The translations under genes were made by a program, and so were the position numbers. Of a stretch of 64,000 bases of DNA, positions 9,552 through 18,296 are shown piece by piece. The DNA is taken from assembly GCA_031409275.1 (NCBI GenBank), contig JANNXA010000022.1, positions 160,001 to 224,000 on the forward strand, given 5' to 3'. Within the stretch, counting starts at the first letter, position 1, and the number at the start of each line of letters is the position of its first letter. This DNA is from Planctomycetota bacterium. GTDB taxonomy: Bacteria; Planctomycetota; B15-G4; SIAN01. The notes beneath the pieces are model-generated. The model had not been told where the DNA came from and ran no database searches. It saw nothing but the letters and a program-made list of their open reading frames with translations.

Positions 9552-11164
9552 GAGCCGAGGTGATCGATGCGCAGCACGGCGAAGCGCGTCGCGTCGTCCG
9601 CGCTCGCGCCAAGCAGCCCCCACGTGGCGAGCCCATCGTCGGAGCGCGCGTCGAGCAGCAGCAGCGCCAGTCGCGCGAGCCGCTGCTTCGAGGGCACGAA
9701 GAGCGTCCCCGCGGGCAGCTCGCCCTGCCACGCTCCGTCGCTGCCGCCCCACTCGATGAGTCGATGACCCTGGAATGGCCGTTCCGATTCGCGGCGATCC
9801 CGGATCACCATGGCGGTTCCGCGGGCCGGAGCCGCCGCCGCGAAGCGCTCGACCACGAGGCCGTGGCGGCGCAGCAGCTCTTCGAGCTCCGCGCTCGCAC
9901 CCGGAATCGCGAAACCGGCGAGAGGCAGCGCGAGCGGCTCCAACCCCCCGAAGCTCACCTGCGCCGGAAGCACCACTTCACGCACGACACCGGTGTCGAT
10001 GACCCGTTCGAGTCCCGTCACGGCGTCGGGCTCGCTGCGGCACTCACCGACCAGCACGCGGTCGTTCGCGCGCGTCACGGTCAGCTTGCCGCGTCGGGGC
10101 ACGGCCGCGCCGCCCGCCCGCTCGATCCCGTCGGCGTCGGCGTCACGGCGAAGCTGCGCGATGGTGTCGGCACGCGCTGCGGAAAAGCGCAGCGCCGCCC
10201 GCACGAAGGCGCCAGTCACCTGCACGCGCCGCTCGAAGGTCTCGTGGCTGTAGGCCTCCGAAAGGAGCGTGAGGCGGTTGCAGAGGCCGAAGTAGTTGAT
10301 GCCGTAGCGCCCGCGGTGGTCGAAGGTCGCCCAGCCGAGTTCGGGCTGCTTGGAATCGACGAAGTCGCCGTAGTCGTAGGTGGCGAATCCGGCGCCCGCC
10401 ATCGTCGCGCGCAAGGCCGGCAACAGCGTTCCTTGCGCGAACGCCAGCATCTTCGGTTCGGTCGCCGGATGGAGCGGCGGGGCATAGGTGAGGTCGTAGC
10501 CGTGGAAGCTGCCATCGGTCGTGTGCAGATCCATCACCAGCGCGGCGTCGAGCGCGTTCACCGCAGCGATCAGCCCGCGCGTCTCGGGCGCTTCGAGCTT
10601 GATGAAGTCGCGGTTCAGGTCGAGCTGCTGTCCGTTGGCGCGTTGACCGACGCCTTCGACCGGCCCGTTCTGGTCGGGGCGATTCTTGCGATCGATGGCG
10701 TCGTTGCCGTCGGGGTTGTAGTTCGGCACGAACGCGATCACCAGGCGCGTCAGGAGCTCGGTGTGCTGGCCCGCCGCGAACTCGCGCAGGAGCTCCTGCA
10801 CCGCCTCTTTGCCCTCGACCTCGCCCGCGTGGATGTTGGCGCAGACCAGCACGGCGAGCTTGCCGCTCGCGCGCGCGATGGCCAACGTCGGGCAGGGCGG
10901 CTCGGCCACGAGCACCAGCGGCACCGCGCGCCCTTGCGTCGATGTCGCGATCTCGAGGCGCACGAGGCGTGGCGAGGCGGCGACGCAGGTCGCCACGAAC
11001 CGCTCGACCTCCTCGCTCGTCGAGGTGCGCGTGAAGCCGGACGCCTCGGCCACGGTGCGTGGTAGTGCGGGTGGCGGTCCCGGCGACGCGTCCTGCTGCG
11101 ATGCGCGCGCGAGCGACGCGGACAGGAGGAGAGCGAGCGGGGCCAGCAGCCGGCGCGGGCTCAT
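9548..11164 (-). CDS. M14 family zinc carboxypeptidase, secreted
   Basis: Signal peptide; IHAGEVEGKE (HxxE), YNPDG, DLNRD, DLH. Confidence 0.9.
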   Translation of the reverse strand: MSPRRLLAPLALLLSASLARASQQDASPGPPPALPRTVAEASGFTRTSTSEEVERFVATCVAASPRLVRLEIATSTQGRAVPLVLVAEPPCPTLAIARASGKLAVLVCANIHAGEVEGKEAVQELLREFAAGQHTELLTRLVIAFVPNYNPDGNDAIDRKNRPDQNGPVEGVGQRANGQQLDLNRDFIKLEAPETRGLIAAVNALDAALVMDLHTTDGSFHGYDLTYAPPLHPATEPKMLAFAQGTLLPALRATMAGAGFATYDYGDFVDSKQPELGWATFDHRGRYGINYFGLCNRLTLLSEAYSHETFERRVQVTGAFVRAALRFSAARADTIAQLRRDADADGIERAGGAAVPRRGKLTVTRANDRVLVGECRSEPDAVTGLERVIDTGVVREVVLPAQVSFGGLEPLALPLAGFAIPGASAELEELLRRHGLVVERFAAAAPARGTAMVIRDRRESERPFQGHRLIEWGGSDGAWQGELPAGTLFVPSKQRLARLALLLLDARSDDGLATWGLLGASADDATRFAVLRIDHLGS

Positions 11165-12015
11165 GCGCGGCTCGCGAAGAGCAGCGTGCGCAGGCCGTTG
11201 CGTTCCTGGCGGACGTGGTCGATCTCGATGCGGGGGAACCCGGCCAAGGTGAGCGCCTCCTTCAGTCCATCGAGCGGGAGCCAGCGCGCGAAGTCGAGCG
11301 TTCCGGCGAAGGGGTTGTCGGGCTGGTCCTCGCGGAAGCGTCGGAACGCGAAGCGGCGTCCCCCCGCCTCGTAGCTCTCGGTGGCCTGCTCAGGCGCGGC
11401 GATCGAGGTGTCGAGCATCATTCCATCGCGCACCAGCTCACCGAGCGCCAGCAGATGGGCGACCGGATCACGCAGGTGGTAGAGCACTCCGACGTGATGG
11501 GCGACGTCGACCTGCAACTCTGGCGGCGGCGTCGCGCGGCTCTCGACGTCCCATGGGAAGACGGTCGGGTGGACGCCGAAGAAGGCGCAGCGCACGATCG
11601 TCTTCACCACGTTCTCGACGCGCGCATCGATGGCGGTGACGGCTTTCGCGCGCTGGCACAAGGCGATGGTGTGAATCCCCTCGAAGCAACCGATCTCGAG
11701 CACTCGCTTGTCGGCGAGGTGGAAGCGCGCGTCGAACTGCACGATGCGCGGATCGGGAATCGGCTGCGGCGACTCGCGTTTGCCCTCTTTCGCCGGGCAG
11801 CCGAAGCGGCGTCCGTGGCCATCCGCGGTGAAGCAGTTCCAATCGAGCAGCGTGTTCAGCCGGTCGAGTTCGCCGTCGGAGAGGCGATCGACGAGCGGCG
11901 CGGCCACGCGCCCCTCGGTGAAGCCGCTGCGCGGGAAGCTGGCGCGAAACCTCGCCTTGGCGGCCGCGCGCGCGGCGCTGCGGTCGAATCGTTCGAGCAA
12001 CCAGCGGGCAAGCAT
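11161..12015 (-). CDS. Class I SAM-dependent methyltransferase
   Basis: VLEIGCFEG (motif I), AIDAR, GVLYHLRDPV; start ATG 12015. Confidence 0.85.
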   Translation of the reverse strand: MLARWLLERFDRSAARAAAKARFRASFPRSGFTEGRVAAPLVDRLSDGELDRLNTLLDWNCFTADGHGRRFGCPAKEGKRESPQPIPDPRIVQFDARFHLADKRVLEIGCFEGIHTIALCQRAKAVTAIDARVENVVKTIVRCAFFGVHPTVFPWDVESRATPPPELQVDVAHHVGVLYHLRDPVAHLLALGELVRDGMMLDTSIAAPEQATESYEAGGRRFAFRRFREDQPDNPFAGTLDFARWLPLDGLKEALTLAGFPRIEIDHVRQERNGLRTLLFASRA

Positions 12016-12029
12016 CGAGGGCCTCCGGA

Positions 12030-13223
12030 TCAGCGGCGTCGCAGCGCCTCGGTCGGCGCCAGGCGCGCCGCGCGCCAGGCCGGCACGGCGCCGCCGAGCA
12101 GCCCGAGCGCGAGTGCGAAGGTGATGGCACCGCCAAGCACCGGCAGCGTGACGCGGAAGGCAAACGCGACTTCGGTGAAGGTCGCGAAGTTGGTGGTGCC
12201 GGTCTCGATGCCGTTGATCGGAAGCGCCAGCAGGCACCCGACCGCTCCGCCGATCAGGCCGAGCACCAGCGCCTCGAACAGGAAGGAGAGGAAGATCGGG
12301 AAGGGCCGGAAACCCAGCGACAGGAGGATTCCGATCTCGTGCGTTCGGCTGGCCACCGCCGACAGCATGGTGTTGGTGGCGGTGAAGGTGGCGGCGAGCC
12401 CCATGATCACCGACAGCCCGATGCTGAGCGCGAGCAGCGTGGTCGCGAGCGCGCCGGTCATCGACTCGAGGTACGCGCGCTCGGTGAAGACCTTCACCTT
12501 CAGGTCCTGGTAGGTCGACCCGTCGGCGAGCATCGCGGCGAATGCGTCGTATTCGTCGCCGACGATCTCGGGATTGAGCTTCGCCACCACGCGATTGGCC
12601 ACCGGTCGCTGCAGCGCGACGAGCATGCGCTCGAAGTCGCCCCAGATCTCCGACTCGAAGGGGCCGTCGCATTCGAAGATGCCGACCACGCGAAACGGCG
12701 TCGTGTTGAGCTGGACCACGTCGCCGAGCCGGCAGTTCTCGATGCGATCGACGAGCTTGCGCCCCACCACGACCTCGTCGGCGCCGAACTGCAGCGCGCG
12801 CCCCTCGGTGAAACGGAACGAGTCCCCGCGAATCGCGAGGCTCGCCGCCTGCACTCCGCGGATCGGGACGTTGGTCTCGCCGCTGCCGTCCGCCTTGTTG
12901 CGTCGGACGGCGAGGTAGCACTCCATCGCCGCGAGTGGCGCGCCTTCCGGGCCGCCCGACTTCGCGATCTGCGGAAGGGTCTTGATCAGCCGATCACACG
13001 TTTCGCGCGTGATCCCGCTTTCGCCTTCGCTGGTCGCCCCCTGGCGCAGGAAGACGGCGACATCGTCACGGCCGTTCTGGACGAACAGCGAAGTGAAGCC
13101 GGCTCGCAACGCCAGCACTCCGGCCAGCACGGCGACCGTCGCCCCGATGCCAAGCACGGTCAGCAGGGTCGCGCTGCGGCGGACGAAGAGGCTGCGCAGG
13201 GTGTAGGAGAGTGGTACGAGCAT
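12030..13223 (-). CDS. ABC transporter permease (MacB/FtsX family)
   Basis: N-terminal TM, periplasmic domain, NTMLSAVASRTHEIGILLSLGF, C-terminal PAWRAARL. Confidence 0.92.
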   Translation of the reverse strand: MLVPLSYTLRSLFVRRSATLLTVLGIGATVAVLAGVLALRAGFTSLFVQNGRDDVAVFLRQGATSEGESGITRETCDRLIKTLPQIAKSGGPEGAPLAAMECYLAVRRNKADGSGETNVPIRGVQAASLAIRGDSFRFTEGRALQFGADEVVVGRKLVDRIENCRLGDVVQLNTTPFRVVGIFECDGPFESEIWGDFERMLVALQRPVANRVVAKLNPEIVGDEYDAFAAMLADGSTYQDLKVKVFTERAYLESMTGALATTLLALSIGLSVIMGLAATFTATNTMLSAVASRTHEIGILLSLGFRPFPIFLSFLFEALVLGLIGGAVGCLLALPINGIETGTTNFATFTEVAFAFRVTLPVLGGAITFALALGLLGGAVPAWRAARLAPTEALRRR

Positions 13224-13226
13224 CGG

Positions 13227-14393
13227 TCACTCCACCGATCGCAGCGCTTCGACCACGCGAAGCGCGCGTGCGCGAAGCGCCGGCATGACGCCGGCGACGA
13301 GGCCGATGGCGAGCGTGAGCCCGGTGGCCAGCAGCAGCGTCTCCGACGTCACCTCGTAGCCGGGGAACATGCTGCCGAGCGCGGCGCGCAGTCCCGGCTC
13401 GCTCAACTTCGCCAGCGCGATGCCGCCGAAGCCGCCGATCCCGCAGAGCAGCAGCGACTGGGTCAGCATCATCCCGGCGACGCTGCCGTCGGTGAAACCG
13501 ACCGCCTTCAGGATGCCGGCGTCGTGCAACTGTTCGCGGAAGGCCATCAGCATCGTGTTGATGCAGGCGAGCACGATCGCGATCAGGACGCCCCCGCCGA
13601 TCGCCGAGACGAAGAAGGGTACGTTGCCGACCATCGAGACGAACTGCGCCTGGAACTCCGCCTCGGTGCTGCAACTGACGCGCTGCGGCCCGTTCTCGAA
13701 CAGCTGCTCGACCGATGCCGCGATCGCGACCTGGTCGGCATCGGGGGCGGTGCGCAGGAAGTAGGTGCCGGTGCCGGGCGCTTCGCCGAACGACGCCTTC
13801 ACCGTCTCTTCGAAGTAGTTCCAGTGGAAGAACATCGTGTTGCCGTCGACGGCGCTCGAGGTGGGCTCGTAGATCGCCCGGACGGTGAACTCCCACGCGC
13901 CGCCGTCGGGGGCCGGGAAGATCGTCGCCAGCAACGGCACTGTCTGGCCGACCTTCCAGTCGAACTGCTTCGCGAGCGAGCGGCCGACCAGGCAGCCGCG
14001 TCGATCGGCGGCGACGTCGGCCCAACTGCCCTCGACCAGCGACACTTCCGGATACAGGTCGTTGAGCTGGTCCATGTCGACGGCGAACTGCGCGAAGAAG
14101 GCGTCCTCGTCGCCGTAGCGGCCGCCGAACCACTGCCATTTGCAGAGGGTCTGGACCCCTTCGACAGCGGCGATCTTCGCCTGGTAGCTCTGCGGCAGGT
14201 CGACGAAGAGGCTCACGGCGGATTGCACGACGAGGCGATCGCGCTTGGCACCGCGCACGCCGGCGTCGAGCGCGACGACCAGCGAGCGCAGCATGCAGAG
14301 CAGGAACAGCGCCACCACCAGCGAAGCGATGGTGAGACCCGAGCGAACCTTGTGCTTGCCGAGGTAACGGCGAACCAGGCGGAAGGAACTCAT
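13227..14393 (-). CDS. ABC transporter permease (MacB/FtsX family)
   Basis: RSGLTIASL; INTMLMAFREQLHDAGILKAVGF; C-terminal PALRARALRVVEALR. Confidence 0.92.
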   Translation of the reverse strand: MSSFRLVRRYLGKHKVRSGLTIASLVVALFLLCMLRSLVVALDAGVRGAKRDRLVVQSAVSLFVDLPQSYQAKIAAVEGVQTLCKWQWFGGRYGDEDAFFAQFAVDMDQLNDLYPEVSLVEGSWADVAADRRGCLVGRSLAKQFDWKVGQTVPLLATIFPAPDGGAWEFTVRAIYEPTSSAVDGNTMFFHWNYFEETVKASFGEAPGTGTYFLRTAPDADQVAIAASVEQLFENGPQRVSCSTEAEFQAQFVSMVGNVPFFVSAIGGGVLIAIVLACINTMLMAFREQLHDAGILKAVGFTDGSVAGMMLTQSLLLCGIGGFGGIALAKLSEPGLRAALGSMFPGYEVTSETLLLATGLTLAIGLVAGVMPALRARALRVVEALRSVE

Positions 14394-14397
14394 GCGC

Positions 14398-15108
14398 TCA
14401 GGCCCGACCGGCGACGACGGGGTTGGTCTCGATCCGGCCGAGCTGCCCCTTGTCGAGGTGGACGATCATGCTGGCGCGCGCCGCTGCGAACGGGTCGTGC
14501 GTCACCATCAGGATGGTCTTCTTGAACTCCTGGTTCAGGCGCACCAGAAGGTCGAGCACGTCGCCGGCCGACTTGCGGTCGAGATCGCCGGTGGGCTCAT
14601 CGGCGAGGATCACTTTCGGGTCGCTGGCGATCGCGCGCGCGATGGCGACGCGCTGCTCCTGACCACCCGAGAGTTGTTGCGGACGATGCTCTTCGCGGCC
14701 CTCGAGCCCGACCAGTTTCAGCGCGAAGCGCGCGTGGTCGCGCCGCTCCTTCTTGGAGAGGGGCGTCAGCGTGAGCGGCAGTTCGACGTTCTCCTGCGCG
14801 GTCAGCACCGGGATCAGGTTGAAGCCCTGGAAGACGAAGCCGACGTTGGCCGCGCGCCACCGCGCGAGTTCGCCGGAGGAGAGCTCGGAGAGGTTCGAGC
14901 CTGCCACGACGAGCTGTCCGTCGTCGGCCTGGTCGAGCCCGCCAATCAAGTTGAGCAGCGTCGTCTTGCCCGAACCCGACGGCCCCATCAGCGCATAGAA
15001 GCGCCCCTCGTCCATCGTCAGGTCGAGTCCGTCGAGCACGGTCAGCGTCTCGCCGCCGCGCTGGTAGCGCTTGAAGACTCCGCGCGCCGAGATCATCGGA
15101 TTGCTCAT
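14398..15108 (-). CDS. ABC transporter ATP-binding protein (LolD/MacB type)
   Basis: GPSGSGKTT, LSGGQEQRVAIARA, ILADEPTGDLD, VTHD. Confidence 0.95.
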   Translation of the reverse strand: MSNPMISARGVFKRYQRGGETLTVLDGLDLTMDEGRFYALMGPSGSGKTTLLNLIGGLDQADDGQLVVAGSNLSELSSGELARWRAANVGFVFQGFNLIPVLTAQENVELPLTLTPLSKKERRDHARFALKLVGLEGREEHRPQQLSGGQEQRVAIARAIASDPKVILADEPTGDLDRKSAGDVLDLLVRLNQEFKKTILMVTHDPFAAARASMIVHLDKGQLGRIETNPVVAGRA

Positions 15109-16541
15109 GGCTGCTCCTTCGACTTCGCTTGCACCCGATCCCCGTCGGCGAGGTCCGCCGGCGGGTCGACCACCACGCGATCACGCGCGGCAAGTCCCTT
15201 GGTCACCAGTACGCGCCCGCCGCTCGGTTCCCCCGCGGCGACTTCCGTTCGCTGCACTCGATCGCCGCGCACGACCCACACCACGAGCGCCGCGCCGTCG
15301 CGCTGCAGCGCTCGTTCCGGGACCAGCACGCCGACGATCGGTACGGCGCCTCCCGCGGCCGGGGCCGGCGCATCCTTCGTTCGAAACACGACGCGTGCCC
15401 CCATCTCGGGGCGCAGCTTCGCGTCGGGCGCGGCGAATCGCACGCGCACTTCGATCGTCGCCTTGCTTCGACTCGCGGTCGGCCAGATCCGGGTGACCTC
15501 GCCGTCGTATCCCTGCTCCGGCCACGCATCGAGGAAGATGCTGGCTGGCGCGCCGACCGTGACGGCGTTGATGGTCCGCTCCGGCATCTCGACCTGCACT
15601 TCGAGCGACGCGAAGTCGACCATGGTCGCCACCGAGCCGCGGCTGTTGGCTCCCTGCGAGTTGGGTGAGACGACCTCGCCGACTTCGGCGTCCTTCAGCA
15701 CGACCACGCCGTCGAAAGGGGCGCGCACTTCGGTCTTGTCGTAGGTTGCCTGCGCCTGGTCGCGCTGCGCGGAGGCGACCGCCACCCGCGTGAGCACCTC
15801 GGCCGCGAGCGACTCCTGCACGGCGACTTGCCGCTCTCCCTGCACGATCGCCGATTGCGCGGCGGCGAGCTGAGCGACGGCGGCACGCTCCGCGGCGGCG
15901 GCCCGCGCCGCCTCGGCGCGCGCATCATCGAGCCACTGCTGGCTCTCGATGTCGTCGGCCACCATCTTCTCGGCGCGAGCGAGCCGTTGTGCCGCCTGCG
16001 CGCTCGTGGCGCGCGCCTCATCTTGCTGCGCGGCGGTGGCGTCGCGAATGCGCTCGAGGCGCTCGATGTCGCTGCGAGCGGCGGCCAACTCCTGCTCGGC
16101 GCGGGTGACGGACGCCTTCGCGCTCGCAAGCTCGGCGGTGGCATGGGCGAGCGACGCGCGGTACTCGTCCGAGTAGAGACGGGCGACCACGAAGCCCTTC
16201 TTGACGACCATTCCTTCGGTCACGTTCATCTCGACGATGCGGCCCGGCGCATCGGCGGAGAGCGCGGCGCGTTTGCTGGCGACGACGTAGCCGTTGGCCG
16301 AGGTCCCGGCGACGGCGCTCGCGGCGAGCGGCGTCGGGGCGAGGGCCACGGCGATCTCGACTTCCGGCAGGCGCACGCGATCGACCCACTGGCGCAACCG
16401 CGGCCAGAACAACGCGATCCCGCCGACGAGCAGCAGCAGCCCGACGATCCTGGCGCCGGAGCCGCCGCGACGCGGTGGTCGGCCGGTTCCTGCTGCGCCC
16501 GCGTCCTGCTTTCGCTCGATCCGCAACGGACTGAGATCCAC
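15105..16541 (-). CDS. Efflux periplasmic adaptor subunit (HlyD/MacA family)
   Basis: TM anchor, lipoyl half-motifs (GRIVEMNVTEG; VRAPFDGVV..K.AEVGEVV), long coiled coil, LRPEMGARV; RBS GGAGG upstream of GTG 16541. Confidence 0.9.
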   Translation of the reverse strand: MDLSPLRIERKQDAGAAGTGRPPRRGGSGARIVGLLLLVGGIALFWPRLRQWVDRVRLPEVEIAVALAPTPLAASAVAGTSANGYVVASKRAALSADAPGRIVEMNVTEGMVVKKGFVVARLYSDEYRASLAHATAELASAKASVTRAEQELAAARSDIERLERIRDATAAQQDEARATSAQAAQRLARAEKMVADDIESQQWLDDARAEAARAAAAERAAVAQLAAAQSAIVQGERQVAVQESLAAEVLTRVAVASAQRDQAQATYDKTEVRAPFDGVVVLKDAEVGEVVSPNSQGANSRGSVATMVDFASLEVQVEMPERTINAVTVGAPASIFLDAWPEQGYDGEVTRIWPTASRSKATIEVRVRFAAPDAKLRPEMGARVVFRTKDAPAPAAGGAVPIVGVLVPERALQRDGAALVVWVVRGDRVQRTEVAAGEPSGGRVLVTKGLAARDRVVVDPPADLADGDRVQAKSKEQP

Positions 16542-16633
16542 GACGCAAAACCCTCCGCCCAAGACGAGCGGCGCACGTTAGCAGCCGGCTCAAGAAGTCG
16601 ACTCGCGCGGGCCGCGTCGCGAACCGCTGCCGC

Positions 16634-18124
16634 TCACGGCTGCTTGCGCAGTTCCTTGTCCTTCAGGCCCGGATGGTCGGCGGGGATGCGCGTGGCGCGG
16701 AACAGCGCATGCGGCGGTGCGGGCTGTCCCTCACCGGGGTCGGCGTCGCCGAACGGATGGAGGTACTCCCACACCATCGTGCCGTCTGCCTTCACCTCGA
16801 AGACGCGACCGCTGGCGCCTTCGCAGATCAGCGTGTGGCCGTTGCGCAACCGCTGCGCGCCGGAGATGAAGTTCGAGAAGAAGTCGCTCTTGGTGGGCGC
16901 CGTGTAGCTCCAGACCGGCGCCGCCGGTCCGGCCGCGACGAGTGGCTCGAGCAGGAGACCGCCATCCTTCTGGCGCGGCAACTCGAGCTCGATCACGGCC
17001 GAGTAGTTGCCGTCGGGTCGACCCGCGCCGTTGTTGTAGATCAACAGGTGTCCGGCGCCGGGGAAGCCGGACGGGATGAAGCGCGCGTTGTGCTGAAAGA
17101 AGAGCGTCTGGTCGCTCTTGCCGCCGGCGCCGTAGTTCTTCGGATTCCCCCAACGCCACAGCAGGTCGCCGCCCTTGCCGCTGAGGCCGCCTTCGCTGCC
17201 GGCCGCTTCGTCGGAGGTCGTGCTGTGGTCGAGGATCCAGACCTCGCCTAGATGCGGCGAACTCAGCACGATCTGGTCGTGCTCGACGTCGTAGTGGATC
17301 GCGTTGGTATGCAGCCAGTCCGCCTGCAGCTCGCCGGCGGCCGGCTTGGCGTCGATGTAGCCGAGCTTCTGCAACTCGGCGATGTCGGCGTCGCTGGGCA
17401 GCTCTCGGCGCAAGTCGCAGTTGAGGTCGAGTCGCTCGGGATGACTTGCGACATCGCCGTAGTTGGCCGCATCGGGATCGACATCCTGGATCAGGTGATC
17501 CCATGCGTGCCATTGCCAGATGATCTCGGCGCCATCCTTCCCGCTTGGCTCGATCTCAAAGACGCAGTCGCTCCAGATGCCGTTGAGCCCGACGTGCGCG
17601 GGATGGCGACCGGCGGCGATCGCCTCGGAGCGCGTCTTGTACTCCCATGCGATGAAGAGGATCGTCCCATCGGGGGTGAGCGCGATGTCGTGGTGCTGCA
17701 GCGTCTCTTCGCTGGCGAACTTCCAATCCCACACGACGCTGCCGTCCCAATCGAGTTCCTGCAGCCGACCGCAGGCACCTCCTGCCTTGAAGCGCTGGAT
17801 GCCCGGCTCCTTGCTGCAGCGCAGCAGATGGCCGTTGTCGAGCAGGTACTCGCTGCCTGGCATGAAGCCGGTCTTCCACTCGTGCGCCAGGTTCCCTTCG
17901 AGATCGACAAGGCGAATCGTCTTGCTGCGCAGCGGCGCGATCAGCGTGTAGCCGGGAGTGGCCTCCGCCGTGCGCAGCGCGAGTCCGCGCGGGCGACTCG
18001 CCGGCGGCTCGCCGGGCGGGGCGCCGCCGGGTGGCGGTGGCGGCGCGCCTTGCGCCACGACGACGCTCGCCAAGGTCGAGAGGGTCGCGCAGAGGTGCAG
18101 CAGTCGGGTGGCGATCGAAGTCAA
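16634..18124 (-). CDS. Aryl-sulfate sulfotransferase (ASST)-like beta-propeller protein
   Basis: ATPGYTL, QHHD, DWLHTNAI, QHNA, ISGAQRLRNGHTLICEG motifs. Start is uncertain (TTG 18124 chosen, ahead of a signal peptide). Confidence 0.85.
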   Translation of the reverse strand: MTSIATRLLHLCATLSTLASVVVAQGAPPPPPGGAPPGEPPASRPRGLALRTAEATPGYTLIAPLRSKTIRLVDLEGNLAHEWKTGFMPGSEYLLDNGHLLRCSKEPGIQRFKAGGACGRLQELDWDGSVVWDWKFASEETLQHHDIALTPDGTILFIAWEYKTRSEAIAAGRHPAHVGLNGIWSDCVFEIEPSGKDGAEIIWQWHAWDHLIQDVDPDAANYGDVASHPERLDLNCDLRRELPSDADIAELQKLGYIDAKPAAGELQADWLHTNAIHYDVEHDQIVLSSPHLGEVWILDHSTTSDEAAGSEGGLSGKGGDLLWRWGNPKNYGAGGKSDQTLFFQHNARFIPSGFPGAGHLLIYNNGAGRPDGNYSAVIELELPRQKDGGLLLEPLVAAGPAAPVWSYTAPTKSDFFSNFISGAQRLRNGHTLICEGASGRVFEVKADGTMVWEYLHPFGDADPGEGQPAPPHALFRATRIPADHPGLKDKELRKQP

Positions 18125-18296
18125 CTTGGAACTCCAGCGAAGGGCACGGTCACTCCGGCCATCTTGTCGAGGCGCCCACGCGCGGTGAAGGGCGCGCTCG
18201 AACCCGACTTCATCCGCGAGTCCCGCTACGATCTCGCGCTCCCGTCGATCTTGGCCTCCGCGGAGCTTCACGGTGCCGGCACGTTCCACTTGTCGA

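Noticed and set aside
7508..11065. 1185-aa plus-strand ORF
   Set aside because: It is the antisense shadow of three well-supported minus-strand genes, is Arg/Ala-rich with no motifs, and is expected from stop-codon scarcity at high GC.
12339..14525. 728-aa plus-strand ORF and similar long antisense ORFs (39232-41748, 41585-43741, 44866-46965, 47544-50165, 59875-61920, 61803-63683)
   Set aside because: They are mirror frames of genes with clear family motifs on the opposite strand.
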